Below are positions 19,644 through 30,414 of a stretch of 64,000 nt of DNA, piece after piece (position 1 is the stretch's first letter; each line of letters begins with the position of its first letter). A program made the translations under genes and the position numbers. Source of the DNA: an uncultured Verrucomicrobiae bacterium (GTDB taxonomy: Bacteria > Verrucomicrobiota > Verrucomicrobiia > Chthoniobacterales > Chthoniobacteraceae). Location of the stretch: positions 224,001-288,000 of the forward strand of contig CAWHEP010000014.1 in the NCBI GenBank assembly GCA_963828525.1, read 5' to 3'. A model generated the notes under the pieces. It searched no databases. It worked only from the letters and a program-made list of their open reading frames with translations, and was not told where the DNA came from.

Positions 19644-20907
19644 ATGAAAACAAAACTCCGAAATCTCCTTCTTATCCTCGCAATCTCCCTCACCGGCGTC
19701 TCCGCCGCTAAAGCCCAGGCCATCATCCGGATCGCGGGGGCGACAGCAGACCGCGGTAACGTCCATGCCGCGATTCTTTATGCCTTGGGGAGCACGGACG
19801 GCAGCACGCTCACATCCGGTTCCTTTGGCTACATCGGGACAAAGGGGCTATCCGGCGCGAACTCGGGCATCTTCGTCGGCACGCTGCAGAGCACCGGCTC
19901 GGCTGTGATCATCGAAACGACATTCAACGGGGCAGAAGCAGGAATTCAGACAGTCGCTGCCAGCATTGCAATCGGTTATCTGCCTACGAGCAGCACCGTA
20001 TCGTCAGGCGCGGGCCACGCGGGTCTTGCTGATCCCACAGTGAGCGGCAATCCGAATACACAGGCCGTCCCCGACATCGCCGTCGCGGATCAGGAGCAGA
20101 GCGCCTCCGCCTTTTACGGCAAATACCATGGATTCGTTTACCCCGCGCTTACAGAAGACGCCAACTCTCCTGTCGGAATTTCTCCGTTCAAATGGCTTGT
20201 GAGCAAGGGTGCGCCTAGCTGGGGTACAAATCTCACTTCCAACGCTGCGCGGCAGTTGTTCGAAACGGAAGCCTGCCTTTGGCGTTTTTCACGGCAATCA
20301 TTCTGACGAGACCACTCAAATCTACGCAACAGGCCGGGACCCGGACGCCGGATCGCGTCTTACGGCTCTTGCTGATATCGGATATGGGCTGGGGCGCAAA
20401 CAGTCACTCAGTATCAGCCGCAAGATGCAAACGGGCTTGGCTGTGTCGAGCACAAGCAGCTACTATCGCAAAGCAGGCGTTATGGCCTGCAGAGACCGTC
20501 GACGGCATCGCTTATCCGATCGGCGACGGTGGATACAGCACGAACAGCGCCCTCGCAGCGGCTTTGGGAGCCAATAATTCTTCCGGGAACTACTACATCA
20601 GCTACGTAGCCGTAAATGATGCGGATTCGACCGCGATCCCTGCGGGTGCTCGCGAGTTGACATACAACGGCTTCGCTCTGGGAACACCTCCAGGAGGCAG
20701 TTACAACAACTCGCCGGCTTGGCGGAAGGGCAATTCACCTTCTGGGGGTATGAACACATCTATTACCGGTCGAACGCCACCCAGTCTGCAATCTCCGCAG
20801 CGGATTCCGTTTCCGATTACATCGCGAGCACGACGGCAACGGTCCTGCTTGGCAGCGTTCAGGTATCCCGTAACGGTGTCGGAAGCGCCATCAACCCGAA
20901 CTATTAG
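19644..20907 (+). CDS. Secreted PstS/DING-like substrate-binding-fold protein, paralog A (frameshifted)
   Basis: Signal peptide; GAT, GAEAG, PDIAVAD, GRDPDAGSR and GQFTFWGYEH across overlapping ORFs. Confidence 0.65.
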
Positions 20908-20975
20908 ATTGGCGGTCCCGTTCGGGCTGGTTCGACCCCATCCCGAAAAAGTGACCCCCGCCGATGGATTCGGCA

Positions 20976-20997
20976 TTGATACACAATCGTAACAATT
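20976..20997 (+). promoter_or_regulatory. Pho-box-like 11-bp direct repeat (imperfect)
   Basis: GATACA at 20978 and GTAACA at 20989, ~100 bp upstream of the PEP-CTERM gene. Confidence 0.35.
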
Positions 20998-21090
20998 CAG
21001 ACCTTGCCTCTCCAGTCATGCTTCTCCATCTTTCCGGGCCGCAGACCCTTTAAATCTCATTCCCATCACCTCTTGGTTCTTCAAACGCGC

Positions 21091-21919
21091 ATGACTTTCC
21101 AAAAATTCTCTAAACGCGTCCTTCTCGCGGTGGCCACATTCCTGGCTGCAATTTCGCCCGTACGTGCAGGTAGTTCCACGGTAAGCTACAATCCCGACGA
21201 CCTGCTCTTCGGCTTCAGGCAGACGACGGGACAGGGTAGTACGCAGGACTATCTCCTGGATTTGGGTAACGCTAGGTACTTTTAATTTTAGCCATGATTT
21301 CTCCTTCACCAGTTCAGGAACCACGGGGTACGGGAGTGTGGGAACAGACCTTGCCAACATCTTCGGCGCAAACTGGTACACCGCGATTGACTCAAATACG
21401 GGCCAGACTGCTGTGCTGTGGAGTATAGCTGGTGCTACCTCTGTCTCAGCAGTGGGTTCGGATCCTGCCAGGACTCTCTACACAACCGACGGGAGCGGAA
21501 ACTTCACCCTTAATACCTCCGGTGCGCAGAATGTCCCCTCTAACAATATCACAAATCTCGGCGGCAACGGGTATGCCTCAAGCGTCTCCTCGACGAATAG
21601 CGACTTGGGTGTTCAGCAGGCTACATCTCCTGGAACGACATACGCCTCGTATCAGCCGGGCGGATCGAACGCGAGTAATAAGTCCTATGCGTATTTTAGC
21701 CCTTCTGACGAGATTCAGACAACCAGCACGGCAAATTTTGATCGATTGGCACCAGGGACCAAGGGGGCCCCTGGTCAATTCCTTGGAACATTTACCCTCG
21801 ACAGCAGTGGTGATCTATCGTTTACCGCTCTTGCGGTTCCCGAGCCTTCTGCTTTTACATTTCTCGTGCTAGGCATTGCCGGAATGATGGGGTGGATACG
21901 CGTCCGATCTCGCGCCTAG
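21091..21919 (+). CDS. PEP-CTERM protein, paralog B (frameshift near 21280)
   Basis: Signal peptide; YNPDDLLFGFRQT; C-terminal AVPEPS + TM + RVRSR. Confidence 0.85.
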
Positions 21920-21939
21920 CACTTTTTTGATTTTTCAAC

Positions 21940-21974
21940 GGCGATTCCGTGGTTAGTTCACGGGATCGCCTTTT
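21940..21974 (+). terminator. Rho-independent terminator
   Basis: GGCGATTCCGTG-loop-CACGGGATCGCC-TTTT. Confidence 0.75.
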
Positions 21975-22011
21975 CCATGTAATTGGAGATAAAACATTTC
22001 AAGGCGACCCT

Positions 22012-22033
22012 TCGTAACACGATTGTAACGATA
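22012..22033 (+). promoter_or_regulatory. Pho-box-like 11-bp direct repeat
   Basis: GTAAC at 22014 and 22025 (TCGTAACACGA-TTGTAACGATA), ~100 bp upstream of the ATG at 22129. Confidence 0.45.
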
Positions 22034-22128
22034 AACTCCTTGAGGGTAAACCCAGATCCAGTACTCTCAGTGCGAATCGAAGCGCAAAACTGCGCTGATT
22101 CTTCAACCAAACAAACAGAATATATCGC

Positions 22129-22967
22129 ATGAAAACACTTACAACGAGTGCATTAATCGCCACGATTGGTGCAACCCTTCTTTCGCTATCAGCGAACGCG
22201 GGAAACTCCCCTACCACCTACGCTCCAGACGACCTTTTCCTTGGATTTCGCCAAACTGCGGGACCGGGTGCCACTCAGGATTACCTGTTGGATCTTGGCC
22301 AAATCTCCAATTACAATCTAAATCAGAGCTTCACCTTGCTGAGCTCGGGCACAACCGGCTACGGCAGCGTTGGCTCGACCTATCCAGCATCTTCGGTTCG
22401 AATTGGTACACCGCTATCGATTCAAACACCGGGAAAACCTCTGTTCTATACAGCTTGGAAGCAGCAACGTCGACTGCGACGCGTTGGATCGGATCCAGCC
22501 AAAACCCTGTATACGACCAATTTGAATGCGACATCTTTGTCCGCAAAACTGCTGGCAGTCAGAATACGCCGTCGAACAACATCAACGAGCATGGGCAACA
22601 ACGGCTACTCTGGAAACAAATCGACCGCGAACAGCGACTTGAGGTCTCCAGCAAGCGACGACTCCGGGCTCTTATGCCACCTATCAGCCAGGCGGCGCGA
22701 ATGCGGCGAACAAATCGTTCGCGTATTTCAGCCCCTCCAATGAAGGGCAGACGACAGATTCATTGTCATTTCGACCGCTTGACTCCTACCAGCAGTGGCA
22801 CGGCTACCTGGCACGACCCTGCCTGGAACATTCTCAGCTGGACAGCAGCGGCGATCTTTCATACACGGTTGCCGCAGTTCCCGAACCTTCAACCTGGGCT
22901 TCCCTCTTTGCCGCAGTTTCGCACGATCGCTTTTGTTGCTCGTCGCCGCTCCGTCGCAAAGGCCTAA
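22129..22967 (+). CDS. PEP-CTERM protein, paralog B' (several frameshifts)
   Basis: YAPDDLFLGFRQT...QDYLLDLG; C-terminal AVPEPSTW + TM + RRRS. Confidence 0.8.
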
Positions 22968-23038
22968 ACAAACACTTTGCCGCGGTCGCTAGTCGATCGT
23001 GGCGAAATCAGACAACGCCAAAACCCAATCCCTACTAA

Positions 23039-24301
23039 ATGAAATCAATCAAAATCTTATCGGCGAGTGTTCTCGCCCTCGTTTGCGCCAGCGCCGCGCA
23101 TTCGCAGACTGTAATCCGCTTCACGGGTTCGACTGCTTATCGCGCTCAGGCTAACGCCGCCATCTTGCTTGCCCTCGGCAGCACAGACGGTTCAACCCTA
23201 CCCGCCAGCACTGGTGGATCATTCGGCTACGCCGGATCATCTTTCACCGGTGCCACATTCGTCATCGCGAAAGGGTACCCTTCAAAGCACGGGATCCTCT
23301 GTGATCATTGAAACAGACTGGACCGGATCGGAAGCTGGAAACCAGACAGTTGCGGCTTCTTTCGCCTCGGTGGCCTTCCTGCCAACGACCTCGACGACGA
23401 GTTCAGGGGCAGGAACTTCCGGCCTCTCAACGAGCAGGCAACACCAATTCCGTTCCCGACATCGCGATGTCCGACACGCTGCAGTCGTCTTCGGCCTTCT
23501 TCGGGAAATATCAATGGCGTGCTCTATCCAGCTCTGACAGAGGATGCGAATTCCCCTGTTGGAGCCGTGATATTCAAGTGGGTCGCGAGCAAGGGCGCTC
23601 CCGCTGGCTTGACGAATATCACCAACTCAGCAGGCACGTGCGCTGTTGGCTGGTGGAAGTCAGCCACTTGCTCTGTTCACAGGGAATGCGAGCTGATGCT
23701 GGTACACGCCATCTACGCGGCTGGGTCGCGACCCAGACTCCGGAACCCGCTTGACCGCTCTGGCGGAAATCGGCTATGGCTTGGGTGCTCAGACGATTGT
23801 TCAGTATCAGCCGACAAACAGCAGCAACGCTGCCGTTTCCTCAACGACGGACACGATCACATCGCTCGATCTCACTCCTGCGGAAACTGTTGACGGCATT
23901 GCGATTGCTCTCGGCAAACGGTGGCTATGCCAGCGGTGGAAATCTCGCCAAGGCGGCGGGTGCCAACAACACCTCAGGCAAGTACTTCGTGACCTATCTT
24001 GGCACGAATGACGCTGACGCGAACGCGCTTCCTGCTGGTGCGAGAGAGTTGTCCTTCAATGGTGTTGCTCTTGGTGCTGGATTCTCCGGCGTGGATTACA
24101 ACAATGTGCTCCTCTGATCAATGGCCAGTATTCCTTCTGGAATCTTGGAGCACGATGTACTATCGGGCGAGTGCTTCCAGCGACGACGATTATCTGTCGC
24201 CGATGCGGTGGCGAATTCGATTCCCTAATGCTCCTGGAGCTGTGCAACTCGGCAGCTTTGCGGTTAGCCGCACTGCTGACGGTGGCAACATTACATACTA
24301 A
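23039..24301 (+). CDS. Secreted PstS/DING-like substrate-binding-fold protein, paralog A' (many frameshifts)
   Basis: Signal peptide; GSTAYR, GSEAG, PDIAMSD, YPALTEDANSPVG, GRDPDSGTR and GQYSFW; colinear with paralog A. Confidence 0.65.
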
Positions 24302-24358
24302 GTTGATCTGATTGGAGCGCAGTAGTCGCTACGGCTCCCTAAGATCAATGCAAATATC

Positions 24359-24395
24359 GGCCAGTGTGGGTCACGTGACCCGCACTGGCCTTTTT
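24359..24395 (+). terminator. Rho-independent terminator
   Basis: GGCCAGTGTGGGTCAC-GTGACCCGCACTGGCC-TTTTT. Confidence 0.85.
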
Positions 24396-24510
24396 CGTTT
24401 TAAGCTTGATAGCTGGCTGCAAATGGTTCAAGCACTGAGCGCTGGCTGTCCGAGATTGCATTCGACAGCCTCAGGTTTGACCGTCTGTGAGCGATTGTGA
24501 AATTGCCGCA

Positions 24511-25329
24511 ATGAACCCTTCGCTTTTCAGAGTCTCTCGGTCGCGGCTAACTGCGTTCTTTGGCGCAGCGGGCTATTATCTGCTGTTGCCGCGATCCTCG
24601 ACACACACGCGAACTTTCCGACGCGGCAGGAAACGTCAGCGCCCAGTCCGTCCTCGCTGACGAATAACAATCCACGCAAGCGAGTGGAGGCAGATCGACT
24701 CTCGGAGATTACGTCAGCTGGTGGCGAATCTTCGCCGGATCGGATGCCCCGACAGACAGCCTATTTGATATCGTTTTGGGAAGGTAAGCCGCGACTTCGC
24801 AGCGAAGGCGAAGGATATCCAGACGGAAGCGTGGTCGGCGGGCGCAAGCGCAGAGGCGGTTAAGGAGCGAGTTGGCCGCAGTTGCGCACAGAGGAACTGG
24901 ATCTGATCGCGAGCCTCCTTGGACCGGATGCTCGGACCCATGCCGAGGAGCTGCTGGCCGGCAGCCCCATTGCGGGCGGGGAGAGCAATTCCCAGTCGCC
25001 AGCGAGGCTGCGCCTCCGGTCGTCGCGCGCCAAGCCCGGAACCACCGATTTCCGGCATTTACTTGCGGCCCGCCGAGATGCCATTGGCATTTGCAAAGCC
25101 GGATGCGCTGAACATGGACGAAGACAAACTGAACATGATCGCCACCGTGCGTCAGGACTTCATGAATGCCATCGGAAGCGGAAGCCAGGATCCACATGAT
25201 CCTGCCTATCTGCGCCGCTGGCAGGAGGCCCAGAACGCCGCGAATGACCGCCTCCGGGCGATGCTGGGCCAGGAATTGTTCTACCGCTTCCAGTTGGCCG
25301 CGCAACACGCCGGAGACGACGGTCACTGA
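24511..25329 (+). CDS. Hypothetical protein (frameshifted)
   Basis: Hydrophobic N-terminus after ATG 24511; protein-like C-terminus QDPHDPAYLRRWQEAQNAANDRLRAMLG. Confidence 0.5.
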
Positions 25330-25365
25330 CGCGCGTCCTAAACGACAGGCCACAGGCCAAATATT

Positions 25366-25389
25366 GTAGGGCGCTTTGTGTCAAGCGCC
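25366..25389 (+). repeat. GTAG-type REP hairpin
   Basis: GTAG-GGCGCTT-TGTGTC-AAGCGCC between convergent genes. Confidence 0.6.
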
Positions 25390-25490
25390 GGGGCAGGGTT
25401 CCACGGGCAGACGATTCACTCGAACGAAACCATTCGTGCCCCGCGCCTTGTGAAGAGAAAGGCGAAGATGCGGCTGCGCGTCGAAATTGG

Positions 25491-25920
25491 CTAGTTCCCA
25501 ATGGGCGCGAGTGGGGCAAACTCCTCCGGCGTCATTACAGCGATGTTGGCGGGGCTTCCGAAGTCACCCTTATTGCGCGTAAGGATCACGTCTGCTCCAC
25601 AATTTCTGCTTTCTGCGGCGCTGAGTTGAAGCGCATCCTCAAAATCCCCCAATGCGAAATCAAGGGCTCGCAGCGCATCGGTATGGGCCACCGGCGAGAC
25701 GGTGCTGATACTCAGAAGGTGCCTGAGAAATGAAATCGTCTTCTCAGCCCCCCGGTCGCGCCGCAAAATATAAAAAAAGATTTGATAGAGTATGCCACGA
25801 AATCGTGAGTTCCACGCGCTCGGCTTCGCACTTTTCCAAGGCGCGTTTGCTGCCCTCGAACAGACCGGGACGGCGGAGAGCGACATCCAGCAAAACGTTC
25901 GTGTCCAGAAGGACTCGCAC
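25491..25920 (-). CDS. PIN-domain toxin (frameshift in a T homopolymer near 25775)
   Basis: GTG start giving MRVLLDTNVLLDV, then DFEDALQ...ILTRNKGDF. Confidence 0.8.
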
Positions 25921-25922
25921 CC

Positions 25923-26159
25923 TTATTTCGCGTGTTTCTCGATCAGGAAATCGAGGCGCGGATCTCCGCCTTCCGGTTCGCGCAGGGAAAATGAGCCAGC
26001 CCAGCGCGCTATGAATTCCTTAATGGAGCCAGCATTCGGAACGACGACCGAATCCGGGAGCAGCGTTAAGAGTCCTCTTCCCCGTTCTGGCAGCGATTCC
26101 GATTTCGCCGTTATAACGCGTCCATTTCTGATCTCCACTTCCATCGTTACAATGCGCAT
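25923..26159 (-). CDS. Putative antitoxin
   Basis: 78 aa, ends 2 bp upstream of the PIN gene; C-terminus DPRLDFLIEKH. Confidence 0.65.
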   Translation of the reverse strand: MRIVTMEVEIRNGRVITAKSESLPERGRGLLTLLPDSVVVPNAGSIKEFIARWAGSFSLREPEGGDPRLDFLIEKHAK

Positions 26160-26299
26160 GTGGAAAGTATAACAAAGCGCCAACGGAAAGCCAGACCCCT
26201 CCTCGTTTCCCGTTCTCTCCAGTCTGTTCGCGCCGCGCTTCCAATGCCGAGAACATCATCTCTCTCTCAATCTCTCTCTGCGCCTCCGCGCCCTCCGCG

Positions 26300-28311
26300 T
26301 TAAAATCTCCGCTCCAGAATCATCTCCAGATTCTTTCTCGCGTCCGCGTAATCCGGGTTCACCTGAACAGCCTTTCGATACTCATCAATCGCGCCTTGCC
26401 TGTCGCCCTTGGTCTCCAATACCAACCCAGCGTTGTTATGCGCTTCCGCAAGCTTGGGGTTGATCTCGGCGGCGCTGCGGAACTCGGCGACCGCCTCATC
26501 GAACCTGTGCAACCGCGCAAACACGATGCCAAGGTTGTTGCGGGCCTCCGCATACTTCGGGTTCGCCGCGATTGCCTCCTGGTAAGCCGCAGCCGCTTCA
26601 TCAAAACGCCGCTCCTCGCGCAGCACAGACCCGAGGTTGTTGAACGCGTCCAGGTAGTCCGGGTTAAGCCGCGACGGCGTCGCGGAATTGGGCGATGGCC
26701 TCGTCCAAATGCCCCGTTTTGTGGAGGGCGATACCCAGTGAGAAGTGGGCGACCGGGTCGTTCGGCATGCGTCGCAACCCTTGTTCGTAACTGCGAACCG
26801 CATCGGTGAAACGGTTCCGGGCGAAATACAGCGTGCCCATATCGAACTGGGCCTTCGGGCTTTCAGGGCAGAGCCGCACTGCCGTTTCCAAAAACGGCTG
26901 TGCTTCATCCAGGCGACGCTCCCTAAGAAGCGCTACTCCAAGGTCGAGATTGGCGGTCGCGTTGTCGCGGGTTACTGCCAGGGCGTGGCGAAACAGCGTC
27001 TCGCTATCCCGCCAAAAGCCGATCTGCCGTTCAGTGAGCAGCGCGCACGTTATGGAGGCGAGCGCCATGCCGGTCGTGAGCATCGCCGCGCGGAAGCGCC
27101 AGCGCCGGCTGAGATTATCGATTCCCCACACCAACGCGATCAGAATGCCGATGGAGGGAATGTAGGTGTAGCGATCCGCCCTCGCCTGGATGCCGACCTG
27201 CACAAGCCCGATGGCGGGCACGAGCGTTCCAACAAACCACAGCCAGCCCACAACAAAGAAAGGGAAGCGCTTGCGCGTACGGATCGCCGCGACCGAAATC
27301 GCGATGAGGATAAAGCAGGAGCCGGCAACCGCCGTGCCATGCCAATGAAAGGGATACGGGTAGAAGACGCAGAGCTTTGCGGGGTAGAAGAAATTCTCGA
27401 TATATCGCAGGTAGGAGACGATCGCGTTCTCAATTCGCACCGCAACCGTAAAAACCTCCGCCTCCTGCACCGCCCCGCCCGCGCGCTGGACGAGGTAAGT
27501 AATCACCCCCGAAGTTACCGCGAGCACAAAGAAGGGTATCTTCTCAACTACGACCTGTAGGATTGGTTTTTCCGGTCTGAAGTCCCCCTGTAGGGTCCCG
27601 CCCTGCGGGATGTCAAACACCGCTCCCCCGATCCGCCCCAACGGCCAATAATCCAGCAACAAAAGGGTGAACGGCAAAGTCACGATCATCGGCTTGCTCA
27701 TCAGCCCAAGCGTAAAAAACCCAAGCGCGAGCCAATACATCCACATCTTCCTCCCGCCTCGGCGCGTCGCTAGATCGCGCCCATGCGACATAAGCCCAAG
27801 TGGTCAGAAACCAGAAGAGAGCGCAAAGAACATCCTTCCGTTCCGAGGCCCACGCGACCGATTCCACCCGCAGAGGGTGAATGCCGAAAAGCACCGCCAC
27901 GCATAGACTTCGGTAGGTGGACCCCGTCAGCGCGCGGAGCAGCAGGAAAAGCAGCAGAGCATTCAGCGCGTGTAGCAGCGCGCCCGTGAAGTGATGCCCA
28001 GCCGGGTTCAGGCCGAAAAGCTGGCAATCGAGCATGTGCGACCACCAGGTAAGGGGATGCCAGTTCGCCGCGCGGTTCGTCGTCAGCGCCCATCGCATCG
28101 CGTCCCACGAAAGACCGCCCTGGACATGCGTGTTTGTCGTGAGGTAGGTTTCATCGTCGTAATTCGTGAACCCGTTGCGCATGCACGGCAGGAACGTTCC
28201 GAGGACAAGCAGGAACAGGGCGAATCCAAGAAGCCGTATGCGCCAGCGCGGTTCTAACGCGCCCGAGCTTTCCCAGAATCTGCGTAAATCTGCGTAAAAT
28301 CTGCGGATCAA
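26300..28311 (-). CDS. TMTC-like membrane glycosyltransferase with TPR repeats, paralog 1 (frameshifted)
   Basis: FTNYDD, NWHPLTWWSH, HPLRVESVAWASERKD, SKPM, ADRYTY, then TPRs. Confidence 0.8.
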
Positions 28312-28320
28312 AACAGTGCC

Positions 28321-30414
28321 TTATTGCTTGCCGCGAAGCTTGCGCAAAGCCGTCAAGTTCCGCTGCGCCGTCGCGTAGTCCGGCTTCAGTCTCACAGCCG
28401 CTTCAAACTCGGCGATAGCTTCATCCACATGCTGGAGTCCGTAAAGCGCCGCGCCCATGTTGTTATGCGCCTCCGCCAGGTCGGGCTTTGCCGCCAGCGC
28501 TTTCCGGTAATTCGCGATGGCCTCGTCAAAACGCTTCTCCCGGGCAAACCCGGCCCCAAGGTCGTTCAGCGCTTCCGCGTAGTCGGCCTTCAGCCGAACC
28601 GCTTCTTCAAACTCAGCGCGGGCGTCGTCAAACCGTTTCTGCCCGACCAACGCAACCCCGAGATGATAATGCCCCTCCGGATATTCCGGGGCCGTCGTTA
28701 ATGCCGCGCGGTAAAGCATCATCGCTTGCTCCGCCTTCCCTTGTTTTGAAAGCGCGATCCCCAGGTTTACTTGCGCGGCGGTGAACTCCGGCCGGAGATT
28801 TAACGCTGTTTGATATTCGGAGATCGCTTCGTCAAGCTTGCCCTGCTTCATCAGCGCGACGCCGAGGTTGTCATGCGCGTCAGGAGCGTCCGGCGTGATC
28901 TGGATGGCTTCGCGGAACTGCGCGATGGCTTCATCAAGCCGTCCTTTTTCCTGCAACGCGGTGCCCGCCAGGGTATGGACATCGCCGAAATCAGGATTCA
29001 ATTCGGCGGATCGGAGCGCATACTTCAGCGCGGCATCGGTATTTTTCTGATGCATCTGCGAGACCGCGAAGTTCGCGTTGCCCAGCCAGGACATCGGATC
29101 ACGGCGTAATACGTCCGCCCAGGCCGTGTCATCACTATGCACAACGAAACAGCGGTTCCATGTCAGCGCCGCCAATACAAGCGCGACAGCCGCCCCGAGA
29201 CATCGCCCGCCCAGCCGGTTGCGTTCCGCAAACAGCCCCAGCGCGGATCCGCCTGCGGAGGCCGCCCCGATGATGGCGACATACTGCCATTGATCCGCGA
29301 CCTGCGAAAACCGGAAATAGTACATCCTGAAAAACCCCAGCACCGGAAAGAGCGAAAGTACAAAGTAACCAAGCGCGAAAAGCGCCCCCCTGGCATATTC
29401 CCGTTTGTCAGCCCTCGCCTCGCTGGGAATGACTCCAAACGCGAGCATCGCGAATACCAGGAACATCGCGATAAACAGCATGAGCGGCGTCCAGGATACG
29501 CCAGTGATCGGCCAATGCGGATACAGCAGACTCAGATTCACAGGCGCGATATCTTTCCATAGGTAGAACCAGAGCGCTCGTCCCAAGGTCGCGATGCGCG
29601 CCGGCCAGCCGCCCATCGGAATCGCGACTCCATGTATGGCGTTTTGGGTCTGGAACCAGATGGTAAGCAGCCCTGCCCCGAGCGACAGGGCGAAGAACGG
29701 CGCAAGTGCCAGAAGATCGCGCGCCGTCACGCGCCCGTGCCGCCACCACGTTGCAAGCAGCAGAACCGGGGGAAGCATGACCACGGAAGTTTTGCTGAGA
29801 AGGGCGAGCGCGAACATCCCAAGCGACATCCAGTATTGCCTCGGGCGTTTGTCATCGTCCCATCGCAACCAAGCAAGCGCGGCCAGCAGATAGAACGGCA
29901 TCGCCAGCGTGTTCTTGCGTTCCGCGATCCACGCGACCGATTCCACATTGACCGGATGCACCGCGAAGATCAAAGCGCCAAACCACGCCCCGGGAATCCG
30001 AAGCTGCTTCAGCACTTCCCACAGCAGGACAACGCTGAGCGCGTGCAGGAGAATGTTCGTTACATGGTAACCCCAGGCGTGAGTTCCCCAAATGCGCCAT
30101 TCCAGCCAGAGAGAGGTGGAGGCGAGCGGAAAATAGTCCGGGTTCCGATGTCCAAACCAGATCTCTGCAAGACCGCCGCCACTCTTTATGAAAGGGTTGT
30201 CCGTCAGCATCACGTTGTCGTCCCACAAAAAGCCTCCTCCAAAGGCGGGGAGATACGCTGCAATCGTGATCAGGATCAGACCCAGCGCGGGACGCCAGTA
30301 ATCCCATCGGCCTGACGAAGGGACGGCTTTCTGCTTCACTCGAACTGCGCGTTGCCGCGGGTTTTCGCATCGACGATGAAAGCATGGACTATTTTCCCCG
30401 GCGCATCGCCTCAA
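28321..30414 (-). CDS. TMTC-like membrane glycosyltransferase with TPR repeats, paralog 2
   Basis: FLWDD, HPVNVESVAWIAERKN, ADQWQY, several TPRs; intact ORF (true start possibly 30339). Confidence 0.85.
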   Translation of the reverse strand: MRRCAGENSPCFHRRCENPRQRAVRVKQKAVPSSGRWDYWRPALGLILITIAAYLPAFGGGFLWDDNVMLTDNPFIKSGGGLAEIWFGHRNPDYFPLASTSLWLEWRIWGTHAWGYHVTNILLHALSVVLLWEVLKQLRIPGAWFGALIFAVHPVNVESVAWIAERKNTLAMPFYLLAALAWLRWDDDKRPRQYWMSLGMFALALLSKTSVVMLPPVLLLATWWRHGRVTARDLLALAPFFALSLGAGLLTIWFQTQNAIHGVAIPMGGWPARIATLGRALWFYLWKDIAPVNLSLLYPHWPITGVSWTPLMLFIAMFLVFAMLAFGVIPSEARADKREYARGALFALGYFVLSLFPVLGFFRMYYFRFSQVADQWQYVAIIGAASAGGSALGLFAERNRLGGRCLGAAVALVLAALTWNRCFVVHSDDTAWADVLRRDPMSWLGNANFAVSQMHQKNTDAALKYALRSAELNPDFGDVHTLAGTALQEKGRLDEAIAQFREAIQITPDAPDAHDNLGVALMKQGKLDEAISEYQTALNLRPEFTAAQVNLGIALSKQGKAEQAMMLYRAALTTAPEYPEGHYHLGVALVGQKRFDDARAEFEEAVRLKADYAEALNDLGAGFAREKRFDEAIANYRKALAAKPDLAEAHNNMGAALYGLQHVDEAIAEFEAAVRLKPDYATAQRNLTALRKLRGKQ

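Noticed and set aside
20911..20962. tRNA-like or ncRNA element (GGTTCGACCCC within a stem-loop) after paralog A
   Set aside because: No cloverleaf can be built; it is probably an mRNA-stabilising or attenuating hairpin.
19644..24301. Diversity-generating retroelement or invertible cassette behind the paralogs
   Set aside because: There is no reverse transcriptase or recombinase, all genes are on the same strand, and divergence is not adenine-specific.
25772..25778. Phase-variable homopolymer in the PIN toxin
   Set aside because: A 7-nt run is short and matches the typical homopolymer error seen in this kind of assembly.
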